64,000 nucleotides of DNA from Pseudomonadota bacterium (GTDB taxonomy: Bacteria; Pseudomonadota; Gammaproteobacteria; Burkholderiales; SG8-39), in the NCBI GenBank assembly GCA_947455195.1, contig CANGMI010000005.1, forward strand, positions 128,609 to 192,608. The letters are read 5' to 3'. This document shows positions 43,722 to 53,684 of the stretch, one piece after another. Numbering within the stretch: the stretch's first letter is position 1; each line of letters opens with the position of its first letter. The notes beneath the pieces were generated by a model, which saw nothing but the letters and a program-made list of their open reading frames with translations, had not been told where the DNA came from and searched no databases. The position numbers were made by a program, and so were the translations under genes.

Positions 43722-45953
43722 ATGCGTGACGATCGCAGACACTTTCTGAAGACCGCCGGGGCGCTGGTGGTGAGCTTTTCGACCGGGGCCACGGCCTGGG
43801 CCCGGTCAGCCCCGGGCGCTATCACGCCGTCGAAGACCGTGAACAAGGAGGCGCTTGATGCCTGGCTTGCCATCGGTCGCGACAACAGCATCACCGTCTA
43901 CTCGGGCAAGGTCGATCTGGGTACGGGTACGCGCACGGCCCTCGCGCAGATCGCAGCCGAGGAACTTGACGTCGCCTTCGATCGCGTCGAGATGGTGATG
44001 GGCGACACCGGCACGACGCCCGATCAGTGGCTCACCGGAGCCAACCTTACCATCGCGCAAGGCGGTAGCGAGTTGCGTCGTGCAGCGGCATCGGCGCGCG
44101 CCGCGCTCATCGAGCGTGCCGCTCAGCGTCTCGGGGCGGCGCCGGCTGACCTGATGGTCGACGACGGGGTCGTGCGGGTGAAGGGCGACCCATCGCGCCA
44201 CGCAAGTTATGGCGAACTGATCGAGCGTGGATTCGAGATCAAGGTCGATTCGAAGGCTGCCTTGAAGAAGGCGGCCGATTACCGCATCGTCGGGCGCAAC
44301 ATCCCGCGGGTCGATATCCCCGGCAAGGTGACGGGCGAGTGGACCTATGTCCATGATTTTCGCCTGCCAGGCATGCTGCACGCTCGTGTCATCCGATCGC
44401 CGATCTTTGGTGCCCGTGTGTCCTCGGTGGATGATCGCGGCGCGCGCGCTGTGGCCGGTTTCGTGCAGACGGTGCGGAAGGGCGATTTTCTCGCCGTCGT
44501 GGCGAAGACCGAATGGGCGGCCATCAAGGCGTCGCGCGCCATAGGGGTTCAATGGGGCGAGGGCACTCGTCTGCCCGACAAGGGCACGGTCTTCCAGACC
44601 TGGCGTGCCCGACCCGTGGCCAAGACCGAGGCCACCCAGAAGGCTGGTGATGCACCGGCGGCCCTCGCTCAGGCGGTTCGGCGCGTGAAGGCGTCCTACG
44701 AGTTCTCGGTGCAGACGCACGCCTCGCTCGGACCCTCCTGCGCCGTGGCGCAGTTCAAGGAAGGACAACTCACGGTCTGGAGCGCCTCGCAGGCGACTCA
44801 CTCGATGCAGACCGAACTGGCGGGTATTACCGGGTTGCCCCCTGCATCGATCCGCCTGGTCTATCTCGAGGGTGCCGGTTGCTACGGCCGCAACGGTCAT
44901 GAAGACGCAACAGCCGATGCGGCTGTCATTGCCCAGGCCATCGGCAAGCCGGTGCGCGTGCAGTGGATGCGCGAGGACGAAACGGCGCGTGCGCCCAAGA
45001 GCCCGCCGCGGGCCATGGACTTCGAAGCCGGGCTCGATGCCCAGGGCAATGTCATTGCCTGGAACGCCGACTTCTGGATCGCGCTCAATCACATCGTCGC
45101 GTTCAAGCCGCTCGATTTTCCCCTGCTCGCGGCGACGGAAATGGGTCAACCCAAGCCTGGCAATTGGGTGGGCTTCCTGTTTCAGAATGCCGGCATGGGG
45201 TACACGGTACCGAACATCCGGGTCGAGACGCATCACGTGGCCGAGACCTTCTTCCGCTCGGCGCACCTGCGCAGTCCGGGCCGGATCGAGAACAGCTTTG
45301 CCAACGAAGGCTTCATGGACGAACTGGCTCACGCGGCCGGGGCTGATCCGGCCGAGTTTCGCCTGCGCAACCTGAAGGACGCGCGCGCCGAGGCCGTCAT
45401 TCGTGCCGCGATGAAGCTGGCAGGCTGGCAGACGCGGGTCGGTATCAATCCGGCTGCGGGCAGTGGCAGCGTGGTGCGCGGGCGCGGCATTTCCTACACC
45501 CGTTACAACAACGCCATCACCTATGTGGCCGCGGTGGCCGAGGTCGAGGTCAATCGCGACTCCGGTGCGGTACGGGTCACGCGCCTGTGCATTGGCCATG
45601 ACTGCGGGCAGATGATCAATCCGGACGGCGTGGCCAATCAGGTTCAGGGTGGTGCCTTGCAGACGGTGAGCCGTACGCTCATGGAGGAAGTGCAGTGGAC
45701 TCCAGAGCGGGTGACCAGTGTGGATTGGGTCACTTATCCGATCGCCCGCTTCACCGACCTGCCCAAGGTCGATATCGAGCTCATCGATAGACCCGGCGAG
45801 CCTGCCTGGGGTGTGGGCGAGCCCACCGCGGTGGTGATTCCGGGCGCCATCGCCAATGCCATCTTCGATGCCACCGGTGCACGTCTGCGCTCGGTGCCGT
45901 TCACGCCCGAGAAGGTGAAGGCGGCGCTCGCAGCTGCCCCGGCGCGCGCATGA
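43722..45953 (+). CDS. Molybdopterin-binding large subunit (IorB / xanthine dehydrogenase family), Tat signal
   Basis: RRHFLKTAGALVVS leader, 743 aa, with the paired aldehyde-oxidase/xanthine-dehydrogenase a/b-hammerhead-type pattern following the 2Fe-2S subunit. Confidence 0.85.
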   Translation: MRDDRRHFLKTAGALVVSFSTGATAWARSAPGAITPSKTVNKEALDAWLAIGRDNSITVYSGKVDLGTGTRTALAQIAAEELDVAFDRVEMVMGDTGTTPDQWLTGANLTIAQGGSELRRAAASARAALIERAAQRLGAAPADLMVDDGVVRVKGDPSRHASYGELIERGFEIKVDSKAALKKAADYRIVGRNIPRVDIPGKVTGEWTYVHDFRLPGMLHARVIRSPIFGARVSSVDDRGARAVAGFVQTVRKGDFLAVVAKTEWAAIKASRAIGVQWGEGTRLPDKGTVFQTWRARPVAKTEATQKAGDAPAALAQAVRRVKASYEFSVQTHASLGPSCAVAQFKEGQLTVWSASQATHSMQTELAGITGLPPASIRLVYLEGAGCYGRNGHEDATADAAVIAQAIGKPVRVQWMREDETARAPKSPPRAMDFEAGLDAQGNVIAWNADFWIALNHIVAFKPLDFPLLAATEMGQPKPGNWVGFLFQNAGMGYTVPNIRVETHHVAETFFRSAHLRSPGRIENSFANEGFMDELAHAAGADPAEFRLRNLKDARAEAVIRAAMKLAGWQTRVGINPAAGSGSVVRGRGISYTRYNNAITYVAAVAEVEVNRDSGAVRVTRLCIGHDCGQMINPDGVANQVQGGALQTVSRTLMEEVQWTPERVTSVDWVTYPIARFTDLPKVDIELIDRPGEPAWGVGEPTAVVIPGAIANAIFDATGARLRSVPFTPEKVKAALAAAPARA

Positions 45954-47170
45954 ACGCGTCGGGCGCACCGGGCATGGCGGTCGGCCGCCAGGCGCTGGCG
46001 GGCATCAAGGTGCTCGAACTCGGCCAGCTGATTGCCGGTCCGTTTGCCGGCAAGACCCTGGGCGACTTCGGTGCCGAGGTCATCAAGGTCGAGCCGCCTG
46101 GCCAGGGTGATCCGTTGCGCAAGTGGCGCCTGCTGCACGACGGCACCTCGGTCTGGTGGCAGGTGTCGTCGCGCAACAAGGCGTCGGTAACACTCGATCT
46201 GCGCACACCCGAGGGGCAGGAGGTCCTGCGTCGCCTTGCCGCCGAAGCCGATGTCCTGATCGAGAACTTTCGGCCCGGTACGCTCGAGGGCTGGGGGCTC
46301 GGTTACGACGCGCTGGCACGCATCAATCCCGGGCTGATCATGCTGCGTGTCTCCGGCTATGGTCAGGATGGCCCGATGCGCGATCAGCCTGGCTTCGGGG
46401 TCGTGGGCGAGGCGATGGGCGGGTTGCGTCACCTCACCGCCACTCCGGGCGAAGTGCCGGTGCGGGTGGGCGTGTCGATCGGCGATACGCTGGCTGCCCT
46501 TCATGGCGTGATCGGCGTTCTCATTGCGCTCTACGATCGGCAGAAGAACGGCGGACAGGGGCAGGTGGTCGATGTCGCGCTCTACGAAGCCGTCTTCAAC
46601 TGCATGGAGAGCCTGTTGCCCGAGTACAGCGCCTTCGGTACCGTTCGCGGTCCGGGCGGCAGTGCCCTGCCGGGCATTGCACCTTCCAATGCCTATCCCT
46701 GCACGGACGGTCATGTGCTCGTGGCAGGCAATGGCGACTCCATCTATCGGCGGTTGATGAGTCTCATCGGCCGTGACGATCTGGGTAACGATCCGGCGCT
46801 CGCCGACAACGCGGGGCGTGTGGTGCGTGTGGCCGAGATCGATGCTGCCATCGCCGAGTGGACACGGTCTCGCACGGTTTCCGACTGCCTCGAGGGTATG
46901 GCCAGCGCGCGCGTGCCCGGGGGGCGCATCTACACCATCGAGGATATCGCGCGCGATCCGCAGTACCGGGCGCGCGGCATGATCCAGCCGATCGTCACGC
47001 GCGACGGGCTTGCGCTCGATGTGCCGGGCATCGTTCCCAAGTTGTCGGCCACGCCAGGGGCGATACGAACCACGGCGCCAGCACTCGGCGAGGACACACG
47101 GGCGGTGCTCGAGCGCCACGGCGTGACCGAAGCCGAGTTCGCTGAGCTGATTGCCCGGAAGATCGTCTGA
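45950..47170 (+). CDS. CaiB/BaiF family (class III) CoA-transferase
   Basis: LAGIKVLELGQLIAGPFAGKTLGDFGAEVIKVE and ADVLIENFRPG. The ATGA overlaps the preceding gene. Confidence 0.9.
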   Translation: MNASGAPGMAVGRQALAGIKVLELGQLIAGPFAGKTLGDFGAEVIKVEPPGQGDPLRKWRLLHDGTSVWWQVSSRNKASVTLDLRTPEGQEVLRRLAAEADVLIENFRPGTLEGWGLGYDALARINPGLIMLRVSGYGQDGPMRDQPGFGVVGEAMGGLRHLTATPGEVPVRVGVSIGDTLAALHGVIGVLIALYDRQKNGGQGQVVDVALYEAVFNCMESLLPEYSAFGTVRGPGGSALPGIAPSNAYPCTDGHVLVAGNGDSIYRRLMSLIGRDDLGNDPALADNAGRVVRVAEIDAAIAEWTRSRTVSDCLEGMASARVPGGRIYTIEDIARDPQYRARGMIQPIVTRDGLALDVPGIVPKLSATPGAIRTTAPALGEDTRAVLERHGVTEAEFAELIARKIV

Positions 47171-47194
47171 CCCTGTCCCTGACGGAGAGCACCC

Positions 47195-48160
47195 ATGAGC
47201 GAACGGATCCGCCTTTTCATCAACGATGTCTCGCCGCGCGACGGACTGCAGAACGAGGCCAGTTTCGTGCCTACGGCCGACAAGATCGCGCTCATCGACG
47301 CGCTGTCCTGCATCGGGCTGTGTCGCATCGAGGCGACCTCGTTCGTTTCACCCAAGGCCATTCCAGCGCTGGCCGATGCCGCCCAGGTGATGCAGGGCAT
47401 CACGCGGGTGCCGGGCGTCATCTATACCGCGCTCATCCCGAATCTGCGCGGTGCCGAACGGGCGCTCGAGTGCCGTGTCGATGAGTTCAATCTGGTCATG
47501 TCGGTCTCGGAGACGCACAACCTCACCAATCTGCGCATGACACGTGCGCAGTCGGCTTCTGCCCTCGACGAGGTAATGGCGCTTGCCCGTGCCGCGGGTG
47601 TGCCGGTCAACGTATCGCTCTCGTGCAGTTTCGGGTGCCCGATGGAGGGTGATGTCGATCCCGGTGAAGTGATGCGTCTGGCCGACCACTTTGTCGGACG
47701 AGGTGCCACGGGGATCACGCTCTGCGACACGACCGGGATGGCCTACCCAACCCAGGTGGCTGATCTTTGCCGACGCCATCTGGGGGTCTTCCTGAACACC
47801 GATCTCACCCTTCACGTGCATGACACGCGAGGCATGGCGCTGGCCAACGTGATGGCCGCTGCCCAGGCTGGCGTACGTCGCTTCGATGCCTCGCTTGGCG
47901 GATTGGGGGGGTGCCCCTACGCACCGGGAGCGTCCGGCAATGCCTGCACCGAGGACATGGTTCACATGCTCGAACTGATCGGTTATGACACCGGCGTACA
48001 CCTCGATGCCCTCATCGCGTGCGCCGATCGCCTGCCTTCGCTCATCGGTCATCCCGTGCCCAGTCAGATGGTGCGGGCGGGCAGGCGCGATCGGCGCCAT
48101 CCGGTACCCGCATCGTTCGAGGAAATTCGCGCCCGCGCACTGGCCCGCGACGCCGCCTGA
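47195..48160 (+). CDS. Hydroxymethylglutaryl-CoA lyase family protein
   Basis: INDVSPRDGLQNE, IEATSFVSPKAIP, HVHDTRGMALAN and LGGLGGCPYAPGASGN. Confidence 0.9.
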   Translation: MSERIRLFINDVSPRDGLQNEASFVPTADKIALIDALSCIGLCRIEATSFVSPKAIPALADAAQVMQGITRVPGVIYTALIPNLRGAERALECRVDEFNLVMSVSETHNLTNLRMTRAQSASALDEVMALARAAGVPVNVSLSCSFGCPMEGDVDPGEVMRLADHFVGRGATGITLCDTTGMAYPTQVADLCRRHLGVFLNTDLTLHVHDTRGMALANVMAAAQAGVRRFDASLGGLGGCPYAPGASGNACTEDMVHMLELIGYDTGVHLDALIACADRLPSLIGHPVPSQMVRAGRRDRRHPVPASFEEIRARALARDAA

Positions 48161-48231
48161 GTACGGGCATCGCAGGCAGCGCAGCCCGGGCCCGTGTGCG
48201 CCGCCGACCCCCTCCAAGGAGAGTTCGATCC

Positions 48232-49263
48232 ATGTTGAGTCATCAGCCTGTCGGCGGGGCCTCGGCCCTGCACCTGCCTGCCGTCGCATCTGTCTGCCGC
48301 AGGCTCGTCGGCCTGTGCCTGCTTGCCCTGCTGATTGCCGGCGGGTCTTCGGCCATCGCCCAGGACACTTACCCCTCGCGGCCGGTCATCGTCATCGTGC
48401 CGCAGGCGCCCGGCGGTGCCAACGATGCGATCGCGCGGGTCATCACCCAGAAGCTCTCCGAACTGATGGGTCGACAATTCGTGATCGAGAACCGCGCGGG
48501 TGCGGGTGGCAACATCGGTACTGCTGTCGCGGCCGAAGCCCGGCCCGACGGCTACACGTTGCTGCTCACCACCAACAGCGTCCAGGTCATCAATCCCTGG
48601 CTCTACAAGTCGACCGGCTTTGACCCCATCCGTGATTTCGAGGCAGTAGGTACGGTTGCGACGGCAGGGTATGTGCTGGTTGCCAATCCGGGCTTTGCCC
48701 CCGGCAGCGTGGCCGAACTCATCGCGGCCGCAAAGGGCAAGCCGGGTTCGATCGCCATTGCCTCGGCCGGAAACGGCACGCTCAACCATCTCATCGGTGA
48801 AATGCTGCAGAAGGCAGCCGGCATCGAACTGCTGCATGTACCGTACAAGGGGGCGGCGGCAGCCGCAACCGATACGGCCAGCGGTCAGGTCTCGGTGTCG
48901 GTGCAGAGCGTGCCCTCCTCTCTCGGGCTGATCCAGAGCGGGCGACTGAAAGTGCTGGGGGCGGTGAACGAGAAGCGTCTGGCGACCTTCCCGCGGGTGC
49001 CTACCATTGGCGAGACCATCACCGGCTTTGGGTCCACGCCCTGGTATGGCGTATTTGCACCTGCCGGCACCCCGCGCGAGATCGTGGCCCGGCTGCACGG
49101 TGCCATCCAGACTGCGCTCGACGCGAGAGACGTGCAGGACAAGCTTGCGGCGCAGGGCTGTGAGGTGCTCAAGGGCACGAGTGCTCAGTTTGCCGCCATG
49201 GTGCGTGACGAATTGCCGCGCTGGCAGAAGATCGTGCGGGAATCGGGCGCAACACTTGACTGA
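48232..49263 (+). CDS. Bug-family (TctC-like) substrate-binding protein
   Basis: Signal peptide and Bug motifs (IENRAGAGGNIG, IASAGNGTLNHL, VPYKG). AAGGAGAG lies before the ATG at 48232. Confidence 0.9.
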   Translation: MLSHQPVGGASALHLPAVASVCRRLVGLCLLALLIAGGSSAIAQDTYPSRPVIVIVPQAPGGANDAIARVITQKLSELMGRQFVIENRAGAGGNIGTAVAAEARPDGYTLLLTTNSVQVINPWLYKSTGFDPIRDFEAVGTVATAGYVLVANPGFAPGSVAELIAAAKGKPGSIAIASAGNGTLNHLIGEMLQKAAGIELLHVPYKGAAAAATDTASGQVSVSVQSVPSSLGLIQSGRLKVLGAVNEKRLATFPRVPTIGETITGFGSTPWYGVFAPAGTPREIVARLHGAIQTALDARDVQDKLAAQGCEVLKGTSAQFAAMVRDELPRWQKIVRESGATLD

Positions 49264-49327
49264 TCGGCTGACGTTTCTCTCGAGCGCCTTTGCCCGGCGG
49301 AGCACTGCGCTCTCGCCTCGTTCGCGG

Positions 49328-50281
49328 TCAGGCGTCTCTCGCAGCCCACCAGGCGACACATTCCTCGAGCCCGATCGTGCATGAGAAGTTCAGCTCGGCC
49401 CGGGCCGAGCGCACATCCGATGGGGCAGGGCGCTGGTGCGGGAAACCGGCGAAGCCGGTCTCGATCGTCGAAGGCCAGCTCACTTCGAGCATGGGGTAGA
49501 CGCGCCGTACTGCCGCCACGAATTCAGCAAGGGTGTACCACTCGCCGTTGGCGACGTGATAGACCCGCTGCTCAGGCGCCTCTGCATCGAGCGCATGAAC
49601 GTTGGCACGAGCGCAGTCACGCGCATCGACAAATTCCTCGCGTCCACCCCAGAGGAGGAAAGGGTCGTTCAGATCGACCCTGGTTCCCGCCTTGCCGGCG
49701 GTGACCAGGGTCTGGAGCAGTCGTCCGGGTACGCTGGTGACGTTGGAAAGATCACCCAGCACGGCTGCGTACCGCAGCGAGACGACATCGACGTCATGGA
49801 GGTCGTGGTACAGATGCGCAAGCTGTTCGCCCGCCAGCTTGCAGGCCGCGTAGATGCTTGCCGGACGGTCGCTCACCAGTCGCAAGGGCAGGTCCTCTTC
49901 GATCGGTGTGGCATCGTGTGTGGCGAAGCCGGTATAGGTCACTGTGGTGGAGCTTGCCACCACCACCCGGCGCAAGCGATGGACTCGGGCACATTCGAGC
50001 ACATGGGCCGTACCCATGATGTTGACCGCGATACCCTCGATCGGGCTTTGCCGGATGGCCGTGGAGAGCCAGGCGGCGGTGTGAACGACGGCGCGGATCT
50101 CGTGCGCCTTGATGAGGTCCGAGAGGGCTCTCAGGTCGGTGACATTGCAGAGCACGCGCGTGGCGCCCTCGGGTGCGGGACCGGGGCGCACGTCGGCCAG
50201 TACGACGGCATCACCGCGCTCGGCCAGTTGCTGCGCGGTGAGCGTGCCGATCAGGCCGGCGCCGAGAATGAGCGTTGTCAT
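49328..50281 (-). CDS. NAD-dependent epimerase/dehydratase family protein
   Basis: MTTLILGAGLIGTLTAQQL Rossmann motif and YAACK catalytic motif. The start ATG overlaps the GntR stop (ATGA). Confidence 0.85.
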   Translation of the reverse strand: MTTLILGAGLIGTLTAQQLAERGDAVVLADVRPGPAPEGATRVLCNVTDLRALSDLIKAHEIRAVVHTAAWLSTAIRQSPIEGIAVNIMGTAHVLECARVHRLRRVVVASSTTVTYTGFATHDATPIEEDLPLRLVSDRPASIYAACKLAGEQLAHLYHDLHDVDVVSLRYAAVLGDLSNVTSVPGRLLQTLVTAGKAGTRVDLNDPFLLWGGREEFVDARDCARANVHALDAEAPEQRVYHVANGEWYTLAEFVAAVRRVYPMLEVSWPSTIETGFAGFPHQRPAPSDVRSARAELNFSCTIGLEECVAWWAARDA

Positions 50282-50997
50282 GGGTTGCCCTTGGTCGAGG
50301 GGGGCGTGGCTTGCAGGACCATGCCCGCCGCCACCGATTCCTCGGTGGCCTTGAGGTGTGCCTCCATCAGCGCGATGGCTTCCTGTTGCCTGCGGCCCAC
50401 CACGGCGTTCATGAGTGCTTCGTGCTCGGCGGTGATATCCCGCGCGCTGCTCCGGGGGGCCACGCCCCGAAGGAGCCGGAACTTGCGGTAGCGCTCCGAG
50501 TGGTCGGCAAGGATGTTCCAGAAGCGCAGCAGCCATTGCTCCGGGCAGGCCCGAACCAGCGCATGGTGAAAGGCTCGATGGCGCGATTCCCAGCGGCTGG
50601 CGCCGGCCCGGTCGTCGGGCGACTCGGGCAGCGGGGTGCGCGACAGGTGATGCATCGAGCCGACGATGTCCGCTTCCCAGGCGGCATCGCCATGCTTCAT
50701 CGCGGCAGAGAGACAGAGCCCTTCGACCGCGCGACGGCTCGCCATCAGGTCCTGCAGTTCGCCCAGACTCGTTTCGCTGACCCGTGACCCGCGGTGCACG
50801 TCCATCGCCACGAGGTTCTCCGAGGACAGGCGCAACAGCGCCTCGCGAATCGGCGTGAGGCCGAGCTGGAACTTGTCGTTGAGGTCGGCCGGGCGCAGAC
50901 GCTCCCCGGGCATGAGGTCACCATGGAGAATTTCGCTGCGCAGGCGCTGGTAGGCGCGCTCTGTCTGGGACGAGGGCTCGGGCTTATCCATGACCAA
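50278..50997 (-). CDS. GntR-family transcriptional regulator (FadR/FCD subfamily)
   Basis: AYQRLRSEILHGDLMPGERLRPADLNDKFQLGLTPIREALLRLSSENLV is a wHTH, followed by a helical FCD-like C-domain. Confidence 0.9.
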   Translation of the reverse strand: MVMDKPEPSSQTERAYQRLRSEILHGDLMPGERLRPADLNDKFQLGLTPIREALLRLSSENLVAMDVHRGSRVSETSLGELQDLMASRRAVEGLCLSAAMKHGDAAWEADIVGSMHHLSRTPLPESPDDRAGASRWESRHRAFHHALVRACPEQWLLRFWNILADHSERYRKFRLLRGVAPRSSARDITAEHEALMNAVVGRRQQEAIALMEAHLKATEESVAAGMVLQATPPSTKGNP

Positions 50998-51028
50998 AAA
51001 TATCTTGACGCCCTTATTTTATAAAATC

Positions 51029-51039
51029 AGAATGATTCT
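51029..51039. promoter_or_regulatory. Palindrome AGAAT-G-ATTCT in the AT-rich divergent GntR/FAH promoter region (candidate operator)
   Basis: Read directly. It is the only perfect inverted repeat in the 69-bp intergenic region, which also contains TTGACG and TATAAAAT elements. Confidence 0.3.
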
Positions 51040-51066
51040 ATACGAATCCCGAAGCGGACTCATGCC

Positions 51067-51990
51067 ATGACACTTGCCGCAAGCCCCGCACGTCCGTGGT
51101 CTCTTGCGACCTTTTCGGTCGATCATCAGCCGGTGGCGGCGCTTGAAGTGGATGGCGTTGCCTACCGCCTCGCCCCCAGCCTCGCGCGGGCAGGTTGCCC
51201 GGGCCACGAGACCGTGGCAGGCCTCTTCGCGGGCTGGGCCCGGATGCTGCCCGCGCTCGATGCGGCTGCGCGCCAGGTGCAGTCGGCCGATAGGATTGCG
51301 GGCGAAACCCGGCTCGCGCCCCTGCTCTACCCAGGCAAGATTCTGTGTGCCGGCGCCAACTACTACGACCATCTGGCCGAGATGGGGATGCCCGGTGCAA
51401 GGAAGGAAGATCAGCGACTGTTCTTCTTCATGAAGCCGCCGCGCAACGCCGTGGTGGGCGAGGGGGCCACGGTGCACATGCCCATCGATACCCAGGCCTT
51501 CGACTGGGAGGTCGAACTCGCGCTGGTCATCGGCGCGACGGCACGCAACGTGTCAGTCGACGAGGCGCTCTCGCACGTGGCAGCCTATACCGTCTCGATC
51601 GACCTGTCGGCGCGCGACCACAATCGGGCACCCGAGACGTTCTACAAGCTCGACTGGGTTGCGGGCAAGGGGCACGACACCTGTTGTCCGATGGGACCGC
51701 GCCTGGTGCCGGCCAGTCAGTTCGGAGACCCCCAGTCGGCCAGACTGCGGCTTGCCGTCAACGGCGCGACCAAGCAGGATGGCAGCGCAAAGGACATGAT
51801 CTTTTCGGTCGCCGAGCAGATCGCCATCGCCTCGCGCATCATGACGCTCGACCCGGGCGATGTGCTCCTCACAGGCACACCGGCCGGCGTCGGCGCCCCT
51901 CGCAAGACCTTTCTCGCGGTGGGTGACCGGATCGATGCGCAGGTTGACGGCATCGGACAGTTGTCGGTCACGGTACAGGCGGCTCGCTGA
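51067..51990 (+). CDS. Fumarylacetoacetate hydrolase (FAH) family protein
   Basis: KILCAGANYYDH, FFMKPP.A.VG and WEVELA.VIG ... D.S.RD .... K..D...P.GP ... L.PGD++LTGTP.GVG. Confidence 0.9.
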   Translation: MTLAASPARPWSLATFSVDHQPVAALEVDGVAYRLAPSLARAGCPGHETVAGLFAGWARMLPALDAAARQVQSADRIAGETRLAPLLYPGKILCAGANYYDHLAEMGMPGARKEDQRLFFFMKPPRNAVVGEGATVHMPIDTQAFDWEVELALVIGATARNVSVDEALSHVAAYTVSIDLSARDHNRAPETFYKLDWVAGKGHDTCCPMGPRLVPASQFGDPQSARLRLAVNGATKQDGSAKDMIFSVAEQIAIASRIMTLDPGDVLLTGTPAGVGAPRKTFLAVGDRIDAQVDGIGQLSVTVQAAR

Positions 51991-52087
51991 TCGTTACCAT
52001 TCGCCGGACCATGCGGTTCGTGACTCCGGCATGTACGCGCAGACCGGCCAGCCCCGGCGCTGCATTCAACATTCAAGGAGACCGAGC

Positions 52088-53074
52088 ATGAAGAGAACAT
52101 GGTTGGCTTTGGCCGCGGGCCTTGTGGCTGCTGCCCTGCTGTCCCCGGCGGTCCATGCACAGGGCGAAATCCGCGTGTCCACGGCCGCGCCTGACAACTC
52201 GCCCCTGTCGGATGCGTTCCGCTCGATCAAGGCGCACATGGAGGCGAAGTTCCCCGGCGCGATCAGGATGTCGGTTCACACGGCCAGCAGTCTCTTTCGT
52301 CAGGGCACCGAGTTGCCTGCCATGCAGCGGGGCAATCTCGAGATGGCCTCTCCGGTGACCTTCGAAATCGAGGCACAGGTACCCGAGTATGGCGTGTTCA
52401 GCGCGGCATACCTGTTTCGTGATGCCGATCACCTCATCAGGACGTTTCGCAGCGATATCGGCAGCGAGTACTACAGCGATGTTGCCAGCAGGATGGGGGT
52501 GGTCATCGTCGATACCGCCTACCTCGGTACGCGTACGATCAACCTGAACAACGACCGCAAGATCGAGAAGCCGGCTGATCTGGCCGGCACCAAGATGCGC
52601 ATGCCCCCCGGCGCAGCATTTCAGGTGCTCGCAAAGACGCTCGGCGCTACGCCGGTCGCGATGCCGATCACCGAGGTCTATCTCGGGCTGAAGACCGGTC
52701 AGATTGACGGGCAGGACAACCCTACCAACATGACGCGCGACTGGAAATTTCACGAGGTCACCCGGCAGGTAGTGCTGACCCGCCATCTGGTGCAACCGGT
52801 GTTCATCGCGATGGCCAAGCCGGCCTTCGATCGTCTCAGCGCGGCACAGCAGGCCGAACTGCGTGCGGCGACGCGCGAGGCGATTGACATCCAGATCGCA
52901 AAGACCTTGCAGGACGAGAAGTCGGCGGTCGAGACTTTCCGCGCAGCCGGCATCCGCATCAGCGAGCCTGATTCGACGGCGTTTCGTGCCGCAGTGTTCA
53001 AGGAATACGAGGCAAGCGGCATGATGGCGCGCTGGAAGCCGGGCCTGCTTGCCCGCATCCAGGCGGTCCGCTAG
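52088..53074 (+). CDS. dctP: TRAP transporter substrate-binding protein (DctP family)
   Basis: Signal peptide MKRTWLALAAGLVAAALLSPAVHAQ and DctP pattern. AAGGAGA lies before the ATG at 52088. Confidence 0.9.
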   Translation: MKRTWLALAAGLVAAALLSPAVHAQGEIRVSTAAPDNSPLSDAFRSIKAHMEAKFPGAIRMSVHTASSLFRQGTELPAMQRGNLEMASPVTFEIEAQVPEYGVFSAAYLFRDADHLIRTFRSDIGSEYYSDVASRMGVVIVDTAYLGTRTINLNNDRKIEKPADLAGTKMRMPPGAAFQVLAKTLGATPVAMPITEVYLGLKTGQIDGQDNPTNMTRDWKFHEVTRQVVLTRHLVQPVFIAMAKPAFDRLSAAQQAELRAATREAIDIQIAKTLQDEKSAVETFRAAGIRISEPDSTAFRAAVFKEYEASGMMARWKPGLLARIQAVR

Positions 53075-53132
53075 GCCGGACGAGGTCAGGCGTGCGTTTC
53101 TCCTTGCGCGGCGATCGAGCGGTGTCACGCCA

Positions 53133-53666
53133 ATGACGCTCGAGCGTCTGCGTCACCGCGTGTGGCAACTCAGTCGCGCTGCCGAATGGGTGTCAGCAGG
53201 GATGTTTGTCGGCATCTTCGTGCTCTTCGTGGTTTCGGTGTTCCAGCGCCACGTGCTCGCGCAACCGGTGAGCTGGGTCGATGAAGTCATCCTGATGCTC
53301 TTTCTGTGGTCGACCTTTCTCACCGAGGCCCTGGTGCTTGGAGCGCGAGAGCAGGTCACCTTCGATGTGATCTGGGATGCCGCCTCACCGCGTGCACGTC
53401 GCGTGATCGGACTTGTTGCGAGTGCTCTCGTGGCCGTTCTTTTCACGCTGGCAGCTCCGACCATCTGGAGTTACGTCACCTTCCTGTGGCGCGAGAGAAC
53501 CAATGTGCTCGAGTGGCGGCTCGACTGGGTCTATTCGTGCTTTCTTGTCTACTGGGTTGCAGTGATCGTGCGCGCTGCCGACCGGTTTCTCAGGCTCTGT
53601 TCATCCGGGTGGGTCGAGGAGGTGCGGGATGTCGCTGCCGATGAGAAAGCCAATGTGCTCGGCTGA
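53133..53666 (+). CDS. dctQ: TRAP transporter small permease (DctQ family)
   Basis: Four-TM protein of about 177 aa located between the dctP and dctM homologues. Confidence 0.85.
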   Translation: MTLERLRHRVWQLSRAAEWVSAGMFVGIFVLFVVSVFQRHVLAQPVSWVDEVILMLFLWSTFLTEALVLGAREQVTFDVIWDAASPRARRVIGLVASALVAVLFTLAAPTIWSYVTFLWRERTNVLEWRLDWVYSCFLVYWVAVIVRAADRFLRLCSSGWVEEVRDVAADEKANVLG

Positions 53667-53684
53667 TCCTGAGAGGATGCACGC

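Noticed and set aside
43806-45968. 720-aa ORF on the minus strand
   Set aside because: It is antisense to the IorB-like molybdopterin subunit, which has a Tat signal and family pattern. The antisense product is Arg/Gly/His-rich junk.
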